Source of the DNA: an uncultured Candidatus Binatia bacterium
GTDB lineage: Bacteria > Desulfobacterota > Binatia > Bin18
Reading direction: 5' to 3'
Length of the DNA stretch: 64,000 nt
NCBI GenBank assembly: GCA_965214605.1
Contig: OZ243961.1
Span: forward strand, 544,001 to 608,000
Below, one piece after another: positions 61,446 through 64,000 of the stretch. How positions within the stretch are numbered: position 1 is the first letter of the stretch; each line of letters begins with the position of its first letter. Made by a program: the position numbers and the translations under genes. Under the pieces are notes generated by a model. It saw only the letters and a list, made by a program, of their open reading frames with translations. It did no database searches and had not been told where the DNA came from.

Positions 61446-62612
61446 TTACGGCTGCCCCAACACCGCGACACACGACACCGCACCCGGCCCGCCAACGTTG
61501 TGGACCAAACCCAGCCTGGAATTTTGGATCTGACGCGGGCCGGCTTGGCCACGCAGCTGAGTCACAATCTCATACACCATACGGACTCCGCTAGCCCCGA
61601 TGGGATGCCCAAAAGACTTGAGGCCACCGCTTGGATTAACCGGGATATCGCCGTCCAGAGCGGTCCGCCCTTCTTCAATCAGGGTAGCCCCCCGGCCTTT
61701 GGGGACAAAACCCAAGTCTTCATAATTGGTGATTTCGGTCCAGCTAAAACAGTCGTGGACCTCGGCCACGTCGATCTCCATGAGCGGGTCGGTAATGCCG
61801 GCCATGGCGTAGGCCTGGGCCGAGGCGTGCTCAGTAGCCTGAAAGCCGAGGTAGTCATAGCTCGGGTCCATAAAGGGCCGACCGCTGCTCACCGCTAGGC
61901 CCACCCCTTTTACCAAAATATAGTCATCGCGGTATTCTTTGGCCAGATCCGACCGACACACCACAACCGCGGCCGCCCCATCGGTCGTCGGACAGCAGTC
62001 ATACAGGCCGAACGGATAGGCCACGATGGGCGCGGTCAGGACTTCTTCGGCAGAGACGGTCTTTTGCAGATGAGCCTTGGGATTCAACGAGCCGTTGTAG
62101 TGATTTTTGACCGACACCTTGGCCAGGCTCTCACGGGTCAGTCCATAGGTGTGCATATAGCGGGTAGCAGCCAGGGCAAACAGACCCGGCGCGGTTGACC
62201 CGTCATTATAGTAGGGATGCACGCCCTCACGCGCCAAGCCACGCCCCGGACGGTCTTTGTACTTCTCCACCCCGAGCACCAAGGCCATATCGTACAGCCC
62301 GGCCGCCACGGCTATGACCGCGTGACGGAAGGCATCGGTTCCGGTCGCGCAAAAATTCTCGACCCGGGAGATTGGTTTATTGTACAGACGCAGCGCATCG
62401 CCCAAGGAGACCGCGGCCTTACCGTGTCCCTGGGCGGGTGAATAGGTGCCAAGCCAGGCCGCGTCAATCTCGTCAGGGGCAATCTTAGCGTCGTGAAAAG
62501 CGGCAAACGCCGCCTCAACCGCCATTTCTTCGTAACCCTGATCAACATTGTCCCCAAACTTAATGCAGCCTGCCCCAATGACAGCAACCTGATCTTTGAT
62601 GGAAGCGGACAT
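61446..62612 (-). CDS. SCP-x-type thiolase (acetyl-CoA acetyltransferase family)
   Basis: VENFCATG, KNH, TTDGAAA, EVHDCF, NPSGGL...GHPIGASG, HNVGG. Confidence 0.93.
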   Translation of the reverse strand: MSASIKDQVAVIGAGCIKFGDNVDQGYEEMAVEAAFAAFHDAKIAPDEIDAAWLGTYSPAQGHGKAAVSLGDALRLYNKPISRVENFCATGTDAFRHAVIAVAAGLYDMALVLGVEKYKDRPGRGLAREGVHPYYNDGSTAPGLFALAATRYMHTYGLTRESLAKVSVKNHYNGSLNPKAHLQKTVSAEEVLTAPIVAYPFGLYDCCPTTDGAAAVVVCRSDLAKEYRDDYILVKGVGLAVSSGRPFMDPSYDYLGFQATEHASAQAYAMAGITDPLMEIDVAEVHDCFSWTEITNYEDLGFVPKGRGATLIEEGRTALDGDIPVNPSGGLKSFGHPIGASGVRMVYEIVTQLRGQAGPRQIQNSRLGLVHNVGGPGAVSCVAVLGQP

Positions 62613-62649
62613 GACTTCTCCCTTCTGCAACAGCTGTCGTGTTCCCCCC

Positions 62650-62857
62650 TACTAGCAGCTTGGACAAGAGCCATGACCAACGTCGCAATCCCTGCCCCTT
62701 GCAGCCGCAAAGCCCGCTACCACTGCGCCTTTGTGGCCGGGTGGTCATCGTCTGTCTGAGACGCTTCTCCGATAGCTCTGGCTCTGGCTTCGGCCTGACA
62801 CTAGTCCATCCCGGTCTTTTACAACTCTTTGGCTCTAGTCCGTGTGTCAAAAGCCAT
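62650..62857 (-). pseudogene. DUF1640/CCDC90-like coiled-coil gene remnant
   Basis: MAFDTRTRAKEL*KTGMD*CQAEARARAIGEA...PATKA matches FDT...L...G...QAEA...ATK pattern, with in-frame stops. Confidence 0.5.
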
Positions 62858-63864
62858 GACTTGGCTCTCCCCTTTCCTGCCCAATATACCCCCTATTAAG
62901 GAAGAAAACAGCGGGGAAAACTTTGCTATCTCACCTTAAACACCTATAGGGAGGTATTGTCTGATTGCCAGGCATGTCAAGCCGCGGCCTGCTTGCCTCG
63001 CCCCCAGCCTCTCCCGCGCCGGGAGGGGGGAAAGCCTCCGCCTACAGCAGGTGAAATTGGCACAGTACTCTGGCCACCTCCGGATCGCTACGCTGTTCTA
63101 ACGCCCAGAACACCTCTCTCAGCTCCTCCAACCGCAGGCGGTTGCCGCTGAGGTCATCTTCCAGGCTCCCCACCTGCCTGCGCAAAGGTCCAACTCATCG
63201 TTCGTCGGTTCCGCAGCACAAAGCCTCTGCTAAGCCGCCACGAGTGTGCTACAGGCACTCTAGTAGCCTCAGGGTCAACTGAAATTGGCGGGCAAACCGT
63301 GCGGCCATGTCCTCCCGCAGTTGGTGAGAACGCCTAGCCGTATCGGTCCAGAGTTGCTCATTCTGTTGGGCCCGCAGCTGGCCCATCTCCGCCGGCAACC
63401 GACCGATGTCTCCACGCAATTGCTGGGACCGCGTCCGCCAACCCCGCTTGTCGGGCTTCGAGTCGTATCAGACGCCTCGGTCAAGGTCGGGGATAGCTCT
63501 CCGGGGCGGGCAAGAACACTATGACCAAAACCCCCGGGAGGAAGGATTAACTCATGGCGGCATTCAAGGTCGGATGCCGGAAATGTCAAGTCATGTGGAA
63601 AAGGGGATCAGCCTGACTCGACTGACGGGGCCGTTATGGCATCCACAGCTTCTCCTCAGCAGGGGTAAGCCAAGGCGGCATAATATCGAAAGGGGCGAGC
63701 CAGCAACCGCAGCGGCTCGGTCCCCCCTCCCCTCCTCTCTCCAAGGGGAGGAAAGTGCAGACGGAGACACGACTCGCCAGCGGCTCAATTCCTGGTCTTG
63801 CTTGTTTCAAATCCCATGTCTAGGCTGTGTTGGGAAAGCTCTTCAGCAGACGAATAGGAGAGAT

Positions 63865-64000
63865 ATGAGACGACAACATCACAGTGGTCAGAACGCTCGT
63901 GACTGGCGGCGCCAAATAGCAGCCTCTGCGGAGAAACAACAAGAAAGCGTCTTCACATATAAGTTTGGACTGAGCATACAAGAGGGAGATTTAGACTTTG
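63865..64000 (+). CDS. Partial hypothetical ORF running off the window end
   Basis: AGGAG RBS then ATG; open frame MRRQHHSGQNARDWRRQ... to 64000. Confidence 0.4.
   Translation, partial: MRRQHHSGQNARDWRRQIAASAEKQQESVFTYKFGLSIQEGDLDF

Noticed and set aside
62996-63755. Two GC-rich hairpins (62996-63030, ~63721-63752) resembling REP-like elements, and a broken coiled-coil frame at ~63250-63480 (-)
   Set aside because: Only two poorly matching copies and an unassignable fragment; insufficient support

Overview
Bacterial chromosomal window that reads like a host-associated, deltaproteobacteria-like lineage (inference from gene content; possibly Binatia-type). It mixes housekeeping genes (rpmE type B-prfA-prmC-murA-hisD-hisB, panE, fused trpE(G) with a Trp attenuator) with many redox/CoA-metabolism genes (four luciferase-like monooxygenases, frc, acyl-CoA dehydrogenase, crotonase, thiolase, EthD, DsbA, VKOR-DsbA) and many eroded pseudogenes (IS1595, hsdR, higA, apaH, two symporter remnants, an outer-membrane barrel). 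Highlights: (1) a complete quinohemoprotein amine dehydrogenase cluster (qhpADCB plus E, F, G) with a divergent gamma subunit and a co-directional tail of Tat-signal nitroreductase, amidohydrolase, MaoC and HMG-CoA-synthase-like/OB-fold genes; (2) an uncharacterised operon coupling a thiolase to two unrelated diiron enzymes (heme-oxygenase-like and ferritin-like) and a decayed symporter; (3) an AhpD-like CxxU selenoprotein split by the ORF caller; (4) a trp attenuator with two terminators apparently linked by a relay pairing; (5) a ~3.9 kb insert, bounded by a ~210 bp imperfect direct repeat, carrying two copies of a variable-heptad coiled-coil/nuclease-like gene, which may be an assembly chimera. 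All product calls are from motif recognition by eye; no database searches were run. No rRNA, tRNA or CRISPR array was seen.
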